Below, piece after piece: positions 1 through 8,098 of a stretch of 64,000 bases of DNA. How positions within the stretch are numbered: position 1 is the stretch's first letter; every line of letters starts with the position of its first letter. Source of the stretch: Bacteroidota bacterium (lineage in GTDB: Bacteria > Bacteroidota > Bacteroidia > Flavobacteriales_F > PHOS-HE28); contig CAUJED010000043.1 of NCBI GenBank assembly GCA_963169535.1, positions 237 to 64,236 on the forward strand, written 5' to 3'. Position numbers and translations under genes: made by a program. A model generated the notes under the pieces. That model made no database searches. It saw only the letters and a program-made list of their open reading frames with translations, and was not told the DNA's origin.

Positions 1-676
1 CACCTTCGGCGGCGGGGATCCACGGGGCGGTCATCAGTACCTCGCGTTCCGCGCCAGGAGCAAGGTTCACCGTGAAGGTCTCCGTGGTCTCTACACCGCC
101 GGCCACGCTGTAACCGATGCCGAAGGAGCTCACCGCATCGGAGCCCACGTTCTTCACCGTTACGGCGATGGCCACCGGAAGGCCTGCCTCGGCGAAGAGG
201 CTGGTCTGGTTGGATACCACCGCGATATCACGCGCTTCCGGCAGTTGTACCGTGAAGGTGTACCGATTCATGGCACCGCCCGTGGCGGGGAACGAGGCCG
301 CATAGGTTCCGCCGATCAAGACCGTGAAGCCCGCTTGGCCATCGCCGTAAGAGTCCAGACAGATGATGTCGTACTGCGTGCCCTCGACCAGGCACCAAGG
401 CCCTTCGGTGATGGTGGCGCTGTTGGCATAGCCACCCGCCGGCGAGCTGAAGTTGCCCGCGCTGGCGCAGGTCACCGCGCTGTTGCCACCCACGAAGAGG
501 GGCGATGCGCCGCACGCCGCACCCGCAGCCACCAATTGCCACATGGTTTCGTTCCCATACTGGTCGGTGTGTACTTGTATGCTCACTTCCAATTCGCCGG
601 CTTCGCATTGGGCCATGGCGAACGTCGGCACCAAGGCACCGATCACGAGAAGGCTGAGGGGGGATGTTCTGATCAT
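1..676 (-). CDS. Secreted protein, N-terminal part only (gene runs past the window start); signal peptide plus Cys-framed DSYGDG module
   Basis: Hand translation of the minus strand from ATG (plus-strand cat at 674-676): MIRTSPLSLLVIGALVPTFAMAQCEAGELEVSIQVHTDQYGNETMWQL...PWCLVEGTQYDIICLDSYGDGQAGFTVLIGG... The frame stays open to nt 1, so it has no stop in the window and is missing from the ORF track. Track ORFs 228..728(-) and 245..718(+) are other frames with junk-like composition. Confidence 0.7.
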   Translation of the reverse strand, partial: MIRTSPLSLLVIGALVPTFAMAQCEAGELEVSIQVHTDQYGNETMWQLVAAGAACGASPLFVGGNSAVTCASAGNFSSPAGGYANSATITEGPWCLVEGTQYDIICLDSYGDGQAGFTVLIGGTYAASFPATGGAMNRYTFTVQLPEARDIAVVSNQTSLFAEAGLPVAIAVTVKNVGSDAVSSFGIGYSVAGGVETTETFTVNLAPGAEREVLMTAPWIPAAEG

Positions 677-859
677 CTGGTTTGTTCGGTCGAGGCGCCG
701 AATCTAACCGCAGACTGACGATCGTCATCCTTTTTCCAAAAGTGAATACGGCCGTTCCTTGGAAGGATAGGCGCAGGCTTCGTGTCGCCCTGTCCGATCA
801 ATACGCCGATACTTCCGACGAAGGCGCGATCCGGCCTGTCGAGTGCGGTAGCGGCCTTG

Positions 860-1624
860 CTACATGGTCGCAGTATTGCCTGCTGCGATCGCCCTTAGGA
901 ATGGCAGGACCGCCTGATGAAAGTCATCCGGCCGCTCCGTGTTGCTCAGGTGGCCGGCGCCGGGTATGACGACCAGTTGGCCATGGGACAGCGCTTCGGC
1001 CATGTGAACGCTCGTGGGCAGCGGCATCAATTCGTCCTCATCGCCAGTGATCACCAGCGCTGGACCCTGGAAGTCGCGTAGCACCGCGGTTCGGTCGGGT
1101 CGCAAGGCCATCGCACGGGAGGCGGCGGCCACGGCTTCCGGGTCCTGCCGGGCGATCATCGCTTCGATCCGGGCCGCTTCTGCAGGCCGCTCGCGCCGTG
1201 TGGTGGCACCCAGTACCTTGGGTACCATGGCCCGGGCGATCACGGACATGCCTTTCTCCAGGGCATCGTGCGCGGTCGTTTCCCTTCCTTGTTTCCCTTC
1301 CTCCGTATCGGCGGTACTGCGCGTGTTGCATAGGATCAGTGCGGCAACGCGCGCAGGAGCCCGTTCCGCAAGGGCCATGGCGATGTAGCCGCCCATGGAA
1401 AGGCCGCAGGGTATGAATCGGTCGATGCCTCGTGCGTCGAGCTGGTGGAGGAGGTGCGCTGCGGTGGCCTCCATGGTCCGCATGGGCGTGGTGTTCCGCG
1501 CTTCGCCGAATCCCGGCAGGTCCGGTGCGAGCACATTGGCCACGGTGCTCAAGGCTGCGATGTTCGGGTCCCAAAGTGTATGGTCCAACGGAAAGCCATG
1601 GAGAAGCAGGAGGGTGGGGCGCAT
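860..1624 (-). CDS. alpha/beta-fold hydrolase
   Basis: ORF 860..1660(-). MRPTLLLLHGFPLDHTLW (HG motif), nucleophile elbow GLSMGGY, C-terminal GAGHLSN His. Track start is GTG at 1660; ATGs at 1654 and 1624, and 1624 is preferred. Confidence 0.85.
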   Translation of the reverse strand: MRPTLLLLHGFPLDHTLWDPNIAALSTVANVLAPDLPGFGEARNTTPMRTMEATAAHLLHQLDARGIDRFIPCGLSMGGYIAMALAERAPARVAALILCNTRSTADTEEGKQGRETTAHDALEKGMSVIARAMVPKVLGATTRRERPAEAARIEAMIARQDPEAVAAASRAMALRPDRTAVLRDFQGPALVITGDEDELMPLPTSVHMAEALSHGQLVVIPGAGHLSNTERPDDFHQAVLPFLRAIAAGNTATM

Positions 1625-1678
1625 GGGTTCTCTTGGCGATAAGGATAATATCATTCGCACATTCGCTAACGGCCGAAG

Positions 1679-2680
1679 ATGCCCACTAGGTGCTTTCCGG
1701 AGGTGTCTTGGTCCTCCTATACTTGTTCCATGGTAGGATCACCGGTGCGCTCGTTCCTGTTGATCGCATTCGGTATCAGTTGGGGTATCGCGGGCGTGGG
1801 TGCGCTTTTTGGTGTGGATACCGCGCATCCGGCCTACCCCGCGGTCGCCGCGATCTGCATGCTGGGGCCGGCCATTGCCGCATTGGTCCAGTGGCGTTTG
1901 ATGGAACGCGCCGCATGGAGCACCGTGGGCCTTCACCCGGCGCGGATCCGGTGGCATGGCCTGTTGTCCACGGTCCTGGTGGGGGTGTGCATCGTGCCGT
2001 TGACCTTGGCGGTGTCCCACTTTTTCGGCGATGGTTTGGCGGTGGGGGCCTTCGGCCACGTCGAGGTGTCGGGTGCTCGTTTCGCCGAGCGTGTCGCGGC
2101 GATCATGAGCGAGCAGGGCCTGGCCGCGCGTGGTGGGGTGGTGGAACGGCTGGCGGGTCTGCCCGGGGCTGGGATCCTATTCGCCTTGCTCGCCGTGGCC
2201 GTGGTCGCGGCGTTCACCATCAACCTGCCGTTCATGCTTGGCGAGGAGCTGGGCTGGCGCGGCTACCTGTTCGGCGCCCTGCGGTCCTGGCCGCCCGTAC
2301 GCCGGGTGTCGTTCACCGGTGCGGTCTGGGGGGCTTGGCATGCACCGTTGATCGCCATGGGCCACAACTATCCGGGCCACCCCGTGGTGGGGATCCTCCT
2401 GATGGTTCTGTTCTGCGTTCTCCTCGCGCTGTTGTTCGACCATGCGCGCTGGCGCTCCGGCAGCGTGTGGGCACCGTGCGTGTTGCATGGTATCATCAAC
2501 GGCTCGGCGGGCGCGTACCTGTTGTTCGCAGAGGGAGGCCATGTGCTCGTGGCATCGCCGGCAGGGATCGCGGGATGCATCGCCATCGCGCTCCTGGCCA
2601 CGGTGGTGCTTCTGATGGATGGTGCCTACCGCAGGGCGTTCCTCCGCCCGACCGAACCGGATACCCGAACACCGCTGTGA
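1679..2680 (+). CDS. CPBP (CAAX/Rce1-like) family intramembrane metalloprotease
   Basis: ORF 1679..2680(+). Multi-TM protein with EELGWRGYLF (EExxxR) and the WGAWHAPL and VLHGIINGS His motifs. Alternative ATG at 1730. Confidence 0.85.
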   Translation: MPTRCFPEVSWSSYTCSMVGSPVRSFLLIAFGISWGIAGVGALFGVDTAHPAYPAVAAICMLGPAIAALVQWRLMERAAWSTVGLHPARIRWHGLLSTVLVGVCIVPLTLAVSHFFGDGLAVGAFGHVEVSGARFAERVAAIMSEQGLAARGGVVERLAGLPGAGILFALLAVAVVAAFTINLPFMLGEELGWRGYLFGALRSWPPVRRVSFTGAVWGAWHAPLIAMGHNYPGHPVVGILLMVLFCVLLALLFDHARWRSGSVWAPCVLHGIINGSAGAYLLFAEGGHVLVASPAGIAGCIAIALLATVVLLMDGAYRRAFLRPTEPDTRTPL

Positions 2681-2682
2681 CC

Positions 2683-3795
2683 ATGGACCTGAGATCGTGC
2701 GTTGTCGTTTGCCTCGTGGCGTCGTCACTGCCCATGGCCACACGGGCCACCGAATACATCGTGCCCGCAGGACGCGATGTGTCGGCGTTCTTCGCCGAAC
2801 TGCCCAAGGATGCCACCTGTGTCTCGTTCTCCGCCAGCGATGCCTACCATGCGAGCGGCGATATCGTGCTCCCAGCGGTGCGTTACCTGCTGATCGATGG
2901 GAAAGGATGCACCCTCTCCTTGGCGCCCGGCTCCAACGGCTTCACCAACCCGATCGCCGATCAGAAGATGGCCGCCCAACGCACCGGCAACCGCTATACC
3001 ATCCGCGATTTCGCGGCGATCACCGGCGGGCGCAAGGCGATCGATCTGCAAGCCACGCTGAACAGCACCGTGGTCAACTGTAGGCTCACCGGCCAGACCG
3101 AGGTGGCCGTGGACCTGCGCTTCTGCCTGATGGCACGGTTGGAGAGCGTGCTGGTGACCAACCCGGCGAAACGCGGGTTCGTGGTGCGTTGTGGCGATTG
3201 GCCCGGCGCGAATACCAGCAATAGCCAGAGCAATCACACGGTGTTGCAGCAGTGCAGGGTGTATTGCAGCAAGACCACCACCGATGCGTTCACTGTGCTC
3301 AATAGCGGTGGGGTGCGCCTATCCGACTGCATCAGCGAAGGTGCGCCTGCGGACCATGACCTCTTCCTCTCGGCACGGACCGATGGCGACGAGACCCGGC
3401 CGGCGAACAATCCGGTGGTGAAGACCTTCACCCTCTCCAATTTCCACGTGGAGCACCGGTCGCGCCAGGCCAGCATCCACGTGAACATGCCGCCCAAGGC
3501 CACCGTGAACCTGGAGAACATCTACTGGAACAGCCCGATCGGCGCACCTGTGATCCTGTACATGTCCGGGCAGTTGAACGTGTCCGACATCGGCTGGTGG
3601 AACCCCGATTTCCAGATCCATACCACGCACCCGGTGCCGCACATCAACTTCGATGCCTGCCACAAGGCACTGGTGGTGACCGATACGCCCGATGAGAGCG
3701 GCAAGCGGGCAGGAGCACTACAATTGGTGGGTGATCACCCCGCCGGGCGCAAGCTCGATCCCACCTACGTGCGGATCACGCGCCGCGCCATGTGA
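2683..3795 (+). CDS. Hypothetical secreted protein, possibly a parallel beta-helix fold
   Basis: In-frame ATG at 2683 inside track ORF 1690..3795. MDLRSCVVVCLVASSLPMATRA looks like a signal peptide. Repetitive short-strand pattern (NCRLTGQTEVAVDL, VLVTNPAKRGFVV, VLQQCRVYCSKT, VRLSDCISEG). No named family recognised. Confidence 0.6.
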   Translation: MDLRSCVVVCLVASSLPMATRATEYIVPAGRDVSAFFAELPKDATCVSFSASDAYHASGDIVLPAVRYLLIDGKGCTLSLAPGSNGFTNPIADQKMAAQRTGNRYTIRDFAAITGGRKAIDLQATLNSTVVNCRLTGQTEVAVDLRFCLMARLESVLVTNPAKRGFVVRCGDWPGANTSNSQSNHTVLQQCRVYCSKTTTDAFTVLNSGGVRLSDCISEGAPADHDLFLSARTDGDETRPANNPVVKTFTLSNFHVEHRSRQASIHVNMPPKATVNLENIYWNSPIGAPVILYMSGQLNVSDIGWWNPDFQIHTTHPVPHINFDACHKALVVTDTPDESGKRAGALQLVGDHPAGRKLDPTYVRITRRAM

Positions 3796-4026
3796 TCAGC
3801 CCCCCGCGGCCCTCACCTCGATCTCGTGCCCATCGTATCGCACGCGCTGGCCCGGCCTGATCTTACAGGTCTTGCGCAGCTCCACCTGGCCATCGACCTG
3901 GACCAGCCCGGCGGCCACCAGGTGCTTGCCCTCGCCGCCCGAACCACAGAGTCCGGCGAGCTTCAACAACTGGTTCAATTCGATGTGGTCGCCTTCCACC
4001 TCGAAGGTCTGTGTCTGCTTTTTCAT
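3796..4026 (-). CDS. S4-domain RNA-binding protein (YbcJ-like)
   Basis: 76 aa: FEVEGDHIELNQLLKLAGLCGSGGEGKHLVAAGLVQVDGQVELRKTCKIRPGQRV, typical small S4 protein. Its ATG overlaps the upstream stop (ATGA at 4023-4026). Confidence 0.8.
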   Translation of the reverse strand: MKKQTQTFEVEGDHIELNQLLKLAGLCGSGGEGKHLVAAGLVQVDGQVELRKTCKIRPGQRVRYDGHEIEVRAAGG

Positions 4027-4523
4027 GCGATATGGAGGAGGAGGGCTCGGATCGGTCGCGGCCCGCCCGGGGAGAGGATCTCGTCGCCCACCCGTTTGCC
4101 CATGAGCGCACGGGCCAGGGGGGAGGTGAATGCGATGCGCTGTTCCTTCACCGAGGCTTCATCCACGCCCACGATGGTCCATTGGCGCTCATCGCCGGGA
4201 CCTTCCCCGTTCAGGTAACGCAGGGTCACGGTGCATCCGAAGCGCACCTCGTCATACGTGGTCGGTGGTTCCACCACGCGTGCCGTGCTGAGGCGTTCTT
4301 GCAACAAGGCCAGGCGACCATCGATCTCCGCGTGCCGTCGCCTCCGGTCGTACTCGCTTCCCTGGGCCGCTTGGCGCTCCTGTTCCAGCACTTGACGTTC
4401 GTGCCGGAGCTGTTCCAACCCGCGGGGCGTGACGTAGTTGGCCACACCGTCGGGCAAGGGGGCGCGTGGGGGTATGAATGGAGGCTCTTCCTGGTCGTCC
4501 TCCCGTACGAAGCCGCGGCTCAT
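4023..4523 (-). CDS. GreA/GreB-family transcription elongation factor-like protein
   Basis: 166 aa. N-terminal coiled-coil-like region (GLEQLRHERQVLEQERQAAQ) and C-terminal GreA/B-type domain (VRFGCTVTLRY...WTIVGVDEASVKEQRIAFTSPLARALMGKRVGDE). Confidence 0.8.
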   Translation of the reverse strand: MSRGFVREDDQEEPPFIPPRAPLPDGVANYVTPRGLEQLRHERQVLEQERQAAQGSEYDRRRRHAEIDGRLALLQERLSTARVVEPPTTYDEVRFGCTVTLRYLNGEGPGDERQWTIVGVDEASVKEQRIAFTSPLARALMGKRVGDEILSPGGPRPIRALLLHIA

Positions 4524-4531
4524 GGTGCGGG

Positions 4532-4539
4532 CGAAGCTA
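4532..4539 (-). promoter_or_regulatory. Variant -7 box TAGCTTCG before the GreA-like gene
   Basis: Minus strand, 9 nt before ATG 4523. Confidence 0.35.
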
Positions 4540-4708
4540 CGGCGGGAGGAGAGGTCGGCAGTTCACAGCAGGCAGTAGGCAGCGTGGCACCTGCGACAAG
4601 CGTGCGTAGCTGAACCGCCATAGGTTTCGGCTATCCGCTGTGGATCACAGACCACGCTGCCGACCACCTGCTGCCGACTGTACTCCTCCTTGCTTACTTC
4701 GTGCCAGC

Positions 4709-5584
4709 ATGCACGGCTTTTTCTACGGCAATTGGTTCATCGGCCTGTGTGCCGTGGCATTGGGCGTGGAGGCGGCCATGCAGCAGGAGGTGCCGCTGAA
4801 CGGGGCGTGGTACCACGTGCTGGTGTTCCTGGCCTGCGTGGTGTTCTACAACCACGCCTACCGCGGGGCCACGGCAGAACGGGCCACCGACGATCGCATG
4901 CGTTGGCACGTGCGCCATGCGGAGCGCCGCCGGGTGGTGCGCCGGGTGCTGGTGTTGGCCTTGCTGCTCGGTGCTTCAGGTGCGCTCTTCGTGTACCGCG
5001 ATGCGCTGTTGGCCGCCGGCCCTTTGCCTTGGGCCTTGTTGCTTATCTTCCCCCTGGTGGCGTTGGCGTACAACGGATGGGGTGGGGTGGCCCTCCGCAA
5101 CATCGGCTGGAGCAAACCCTTCGTGCTCGGCTTCGTCTGGGCGGGAATAACCACCGTGTATCCGGTCCTGGTCCATGCCATCATCACCCGTGCTCCCATG
5201 CCCGATATGGCGCTTACCGCACGCCTGTTCTTCAAGAACATGATGTTCTGCGCCATGTTGGCGGTGCTCTTCGATATCAAGGACCATGCGGACGATCATC
5301 GCAACGCGCTACGCACCTTCGTCGTGCAGCGTGGTTTGCGTACCACCTTGTTCCGCATCGTGCTGCCGCTCACGTTGCTGGGGCTGCTTTCCTTCTTGGG
5401 CTATGGTGCCGCGCACGATTTCAGTGCCATGAAACTGTTGCTCAATGCCATTCCCTTCGTGGCGCTGGTGGCCGTGGTCTACGCGCTGCGGAAACGGCGG
5501 TCCATCCTGTTCTATCTGGCCGTGGTGGATGGTCTCTTCCTGCTGAAGGCCGTGTGCGGGTCCTTGGCCATGCGCTGGTTCTGA
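4709..5584 (+). CDS. Polytopic membrane protein, tentatively UbiA-type prenyltransferase family
   Basis: Track ORF 4640..5584 starts at GTG; ATG at 4709 (MHGFFYGNWF). Many hydrophobic helices. The Asp-rich FDIKDHADD resembles the second Asp motif of the UbiA family. Tentative. Confidence 0.55.
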   Translation: MHGFFYGNWFIGLCAVALGVEAAMQQEVPLNGAWYHVLVFLACVVFYNHAYRGATAERATDDRMRWHVRHAERRRVVRRVLVLALLLGASGALFVYRDALLAAGPLPWALLLIFPLVALAYNGWGGVALRNIGWSKPFVLGFVWAGITTVYPVLVHAIITRAPMPDMALTARLFFKNMMFCAMLAVLFDIKDHADDHRNALRTFVVQRGLRTTLFRIVLPLTLLGLLSFLGYGAAHDFSAMKLLLNAIPFVALVAVVYALRKRRSILFYLAVVDGLFLLKAVCGSLAMRWF

Positions 5585-5797
5585 GGGTTCGCCGGCTACC
5601 ACTTCCCCCGGAGGAGTTGGCACATCCATTCGGTCTTTTCCGGAATGGCCTCTCCGTCGTCACCGTTCCGTGGCCCATGCCCTCGGTCGCCTCGCTCCCT
5701 GCGGTCTACGCCTTCGGCCGTGCAACGCACCCGCCGTATCGTCCTGCGAAAAGCCCCCTTCGCATCTTTAGCCTACACCTTGATGCGAAATGGTATG

Positions 5798-5825
5798 AAA
5801 TGAAAAAGCCCCTGGGAAGGGGCTT
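5798..5825 (-). terminator. Hairpin terminator after tRNA-Asp
   Basis: 8-bp stem aagcccct/aggggctt (5806-5813 / 5818-5825), loop ggga, then TTTCATTTC on the minus strand. Begins 5 nt after the tRNA 3' end. Confidence 0.7.
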
Positions 5826-5829
5826 CTTG

Positions 5830-5903
5830 CGGACCGGACGGGACTCGAACCCGCGACCTCCGCCGTGACAGGGCGGCATTCTAACCAGCTGAACTACCGG
5901 TCC
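5830..5903 (-). tRNA. tRNA-Asp (anticodon GTC)
   Basis: Minus strand GGACCGGTAGTTCAGCTGGTTAGAATGCCGCCCTGTCACGGCGGAGGTCGCGGGTTCGAGTCCCGTCCGGTCCG. 7-bp acceptor GGACCGG/CCGGTCC, anticodon stem CCGCC/GGCGG with loop CTGTCAC, T arm GCGGG-TTCGAGT-CCCGT. CCA not encoded. Confidence 0.9.
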
Positions 5904-5933
5904 GTTCAGCCTCGCATTCCTGCGAGGCGGGTG

Positions 5934-5941
5934 CAAATGTA
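5934..5941 (-). promoter_or_regulatory. -7 promoter box TACATTTG (Bacteroidota TAnnTTTG type) for tRNA-Asp
   Basis: Plus-strand caaatgta; minus strand CTTACATTTGCACCCGCC. Lies 31 nt upstream of the mature tRNA 5' end. A leader hairpin CCTCGCA-GGAA-TGCGAGG lies between them. Confidence 0.6.
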
Positions 5942-5990
5942 AGGCTATGTCGCATTCCTGCAAGTGCTGAATGAAAAAGTCCGCATTTCC

Positions 5991-6914
5991 TCAGTACAGC
6001 CGAGCCCGCTTCGTCAGGAACTCCAGCAGTACCGGCTCGAATCCGGCATTGATGTCCGCTTCCACCAGATCGATGCGGTACTGCCCGCATTTCAGCTTTA
6101 GGCGGTGCCACCGTTCGGCCACGGCGGCTTTGTACACCTCGCGCACCTCGGCGGGATGGGCTTTCACCTGTTCGCCGGTCTCGGTGTCCACGAAGGTGTA
6201 GGGGCGGTCGGCGAGGTCGAGGTCCAGTTCGTGGCGGCGATCCACCACATGGAAGAGGATGATGTCGTGCTTGTTGAACCGCAGATGCTGCAGGGCGTCG
6301 AACACCTCGGCCTCACGGTCCGCGCCGTCGAGCATGTCGCTCAGGATCACCACCAGGCTGCGGCGGTGGGCGCGTTGTGCGATGTCGTGCAAGGCCTCCA
6401 CCACCGAAGTCTGCTGCCCGCGCGCCGGAGCATCCGTGGAAAGGAGACCTTCGAGGTGTTGCATCAGGTGGCGCAGATGAACGGTGCTGCTTCGCGCTTC
6501 CTCCTTCACCAGCACGCGGTCGCTGAACGTGGTGAGGCCCACGGCATCGCGCTGTTTCCGCAGCAGCTGGATGAAGGCCGCGGCCGCATGGGCGGCGAAT
6601 TGGATCTTGTTGAAGCCGCCGTTCGGCACGCTCTCCGGGTAGTACATCGAACTGGAGGCATCCAGCACCAAGTGGCAGCGCAGGTTCGTCTCCTCCTCAT
6701 AGCGTTTCACGAAGAGCTTGTCCGTACGGGCGTACAGCTTCCAGTCGATGTGGCGCGTGCTTTCGCCCGGGTTGTAGAAGCGGTGCTCGGCGAACTCCAC
6801 GCTGAATCCGTGGAACGGGCTCTTGTGCAGGCCCGCGAGAAAGCCTTCCACCACCTGCCGCGAATGGAATTCGAGCGGGCTAAGGACTTGGAGGGCTTTC
6901 TGTTCGATGGGCAT
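5991..6914 (-). CDS. DUF58 domain protein (MoxR/vWA-associated family)
   Basis: ORF 5991..6920(-), whose track start is GTG; ATG at 6914. HKSPFHGFSVEFAEHRFYNPGESTRHIDWKLYARTDKLFVKRYEEETNLRCHLVLDASSSM is the classic DUF58 core. Confidence 0.85.
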   Translation of the reverse strand: MPIEQKALQVLSPLEFHSRQVVEGFLAGLHKSPFHGFSVEFAEHRFYNPGESTRHIDWKLYARTDKLFVKRYEEETNLRCHLVLDASSSMYYPESVPNGGFNKIQFAAHAAAAFIQLLRKQRDAVGLTTFSDRVLVKEEARSSTVHLRHLMQHLEGLLSTDAPARGQQTSVVEALHDIAQRAHRRSLVVILSDMLDGADREAEVFDALQHLRFNKHDIILFHVVDRRHELDLDLADRPYTFVDTETGEQVKAHPAEVREVYKAAVAERWHRLKLKCGQYRIDLVEADINAGFEPVLLEFLTKRARLY

Positions 6915-6974
6915 CTTCACGCGTTAGCCTTGGCACGGGCGACCGATGGTGCAAATGTCGGCTTCGGAGGCCGT

Positions 6975-7442
6975 TCAGTCGCGCACGGCGCCGGGTGGGT
7001 TGAACAGCTCCCAATCGTCCCAGAGGTGGAAGGAATCCTTGAAGGTGGCCACCCATTCGACGAACAAGGGGCGGAATTCCTCCACGGCGGTGCGCAACAG
7101 GTCGAAGTAGGGCTGCTCGGAATACCCCGCCATTTCCAGCCCTCGGAGGGCAACGATCATTTCGCGACAGGCCCGCCGGATGAGGCAGGCGTTCTCCATC
7201 TTCAGGTCGTACAGGTCCATGGCATAGGCGCCCGCCACCTTGGCCCCGATGGTGTACGCGTTCTGCATGATGTCGCCCTTGCTCTGCTCGAGCATGTGGT
7301 GCTGGAATGACCTCTGGTCGTCCGAAGGATCCTCGCCCGAGGCCATATCAGGAGCACCCTCTACGATGGCCGTGGCCAGCTTGCGGATCTCTTCGGCCTT
7401 CTTGAACAGGGGCGTGCGGCGGTAGTCGTCGTGGTCTTCCAT
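6975..7442 (-). CDS. Hypothetical helical protein (faint four-helix-bundle / 23S-IVS-protein-like pattern)
   Basis: 155-aa ORF with GC3-biased codons. Helix pattern LFKKAEEIRKLATAIVEG ... ENACLIRRACREMIVALRGLEMAGYSEQPYFDLLRTAVEEFRPLFVEWV. Family assignment weak. Confidence 0.55.
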   Translation of the reverse strand: MEDHDDYRRTPLFKKAEEIRKLATAIVEGAPDMASGEDPSDDQRSFQHHMLEQSKGDIMQNAYTIGAKVAGAYAMDLYDLKMENACLIRRACREMIVALRGLEMAGYSEQPYFDLLRTAVEEFRPLFVEWVATFKDSFHLWDDWELFNPPGAVRD

Positions 7443-7544
7443 GGTCCTGGTTCGGCTGGGAACGGTCGTGGTCAGCAGGCGGTGCCCGTACGGCCTAAGG
7501 CGGATGCCGAATGCCGTGTGCGGGCCACAACGATACGACGATCA

Positions 7545-7584
7545 GGAAGAAAGAACCCCGCCGAGGTATTGCCTGGCGGGGTTC
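7545..7584 (-). terminator. Rho-independent terminator after trxA
   Basis: 10-bp GC-rich stem gaaccccgcc/ggcggggttc (7553-7562 / 7575-7584), followed on the minus strand by TTTCTTCC. Lies 18 nt after the trxA stop. Confidence 0.75.
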
Positions 7585-7602
7585 TTCGAGACCGTTCGTC
7601 GA

Positions 7603-7923
7603 TCAGGCCAGTTGGCCTTCCAGTTTCTGGCTCAATTGGCTCTTGGGAACTGCGCCCACGCTGCGGTCCACCACTTCGCCGTTCTTGATGAACAGGATCG
7701 TGGGGATGCTCCGGATGCCGTATTTCATGGCCACCTGCGGGTTGTTGTCCACGTTTACCTTGCCGATCACGGCTTTGCCTTCGTAGTCCTTGGCGAGTTC
7801 TTCCACCACGGGACCCACCATGCGGCAGGGACCGCACCATTCCGCCCAGAAGTCGACCATCACGGGTTTGTCGCTCTTCAGTGCCAGTTCTTCGAAGTTG
7901 CTGTCGGTGAATTCGAGTGCCAT
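7603..7923 (-). CDS. trxA: Thioredoxin
   Basis: [43 protein letters not shown] with the WCGPC active site. 106 aa from ATG 7923. The 29-codon upstream extension in the track (to 8010) uses A/T-ending codons and is rejected. Confidence 0.95.
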   Translation of the reverse strand: MALEFTDSNFEELALKSDKPVMVDFWAEWCGPCRMVGPVVEELAKDYEGKAVIGKVNVDNNPQVAMKYGIRSIPTILFIKNGEVVDRSVGAVPKSQLSQKLEGQLA

Positions 7924-8043
7924 TGTTGTTGGGTGGGCACCTTGCGATGCCTCTTTTGTTACGGTTCGTTGGTCGTGCAAGTTGTGGATCGCTGACGATC
8001 GATCTACCATGTGATCCGATCAGTTTTCCACGCGTTATGACCG

Positions 8044-8051
8044 CAAAGGTA
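8044..8051 (-). promoter_or_regulatory. -7 promoter box TACCTTTG upstream of trxA
   Basis: Exact TAnnTTTG on the minus strand in the dnaE-trxA spacer. Implies a ~115-nt trxA leader. Confidence 0.5.
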
Positions 8052-8098
8052 CTGCCCCCAGACAAGATCCTTGCCATGGAAACTAATCTGACGATCCG

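Noticed and set aside
737-744. CACTTTTG box (minus strand) as promoter of the gene at 1..676
   Set aside because: A better-placed TAGATTCG box lies at 699-706, 23 nt from the ATG. The two cannot be distinguished without 5'-end data, so neither is listed as a feature.
1690-3795. 701-aa ORF that would fuse the CPBP region with the downstream gene
   Set aside because: Its first third is an out-of-frame read of the CPBP gene (Arg/Gly/Pro junk). A signal-peptide start at ATG 2683 gives the real gene.
5706-5963. 85-aa ORF overlapping tRNA-Asp (and, likewise, 59658..59993(-) overlapping tRNA-Met)
   Set aside because: These ORFs read straight through clear tRNA cloverleaves, so they are spurious.
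5991-6914. DUF58 gene (and DUF4159 at 34742..35422) as part of a Bat/aerotolerance-type MoxR-vWA operon
   Set aside because: No MoxR ATPase, vWA (BatA/B) or TPR Bat genes adjoin either gene in this window. They look like dispersed single genes, so there is no system to report here.
7924-8010. 29-codon N-terminal extension of thioredoxin from ATG 8010
   Set aside because: The codons are mostly A/T-ending, unlike the rest of the window. MALEFTD... at 7923 gives a normal ~106-aa thioredoxin preceded by an A-rich initiation region.
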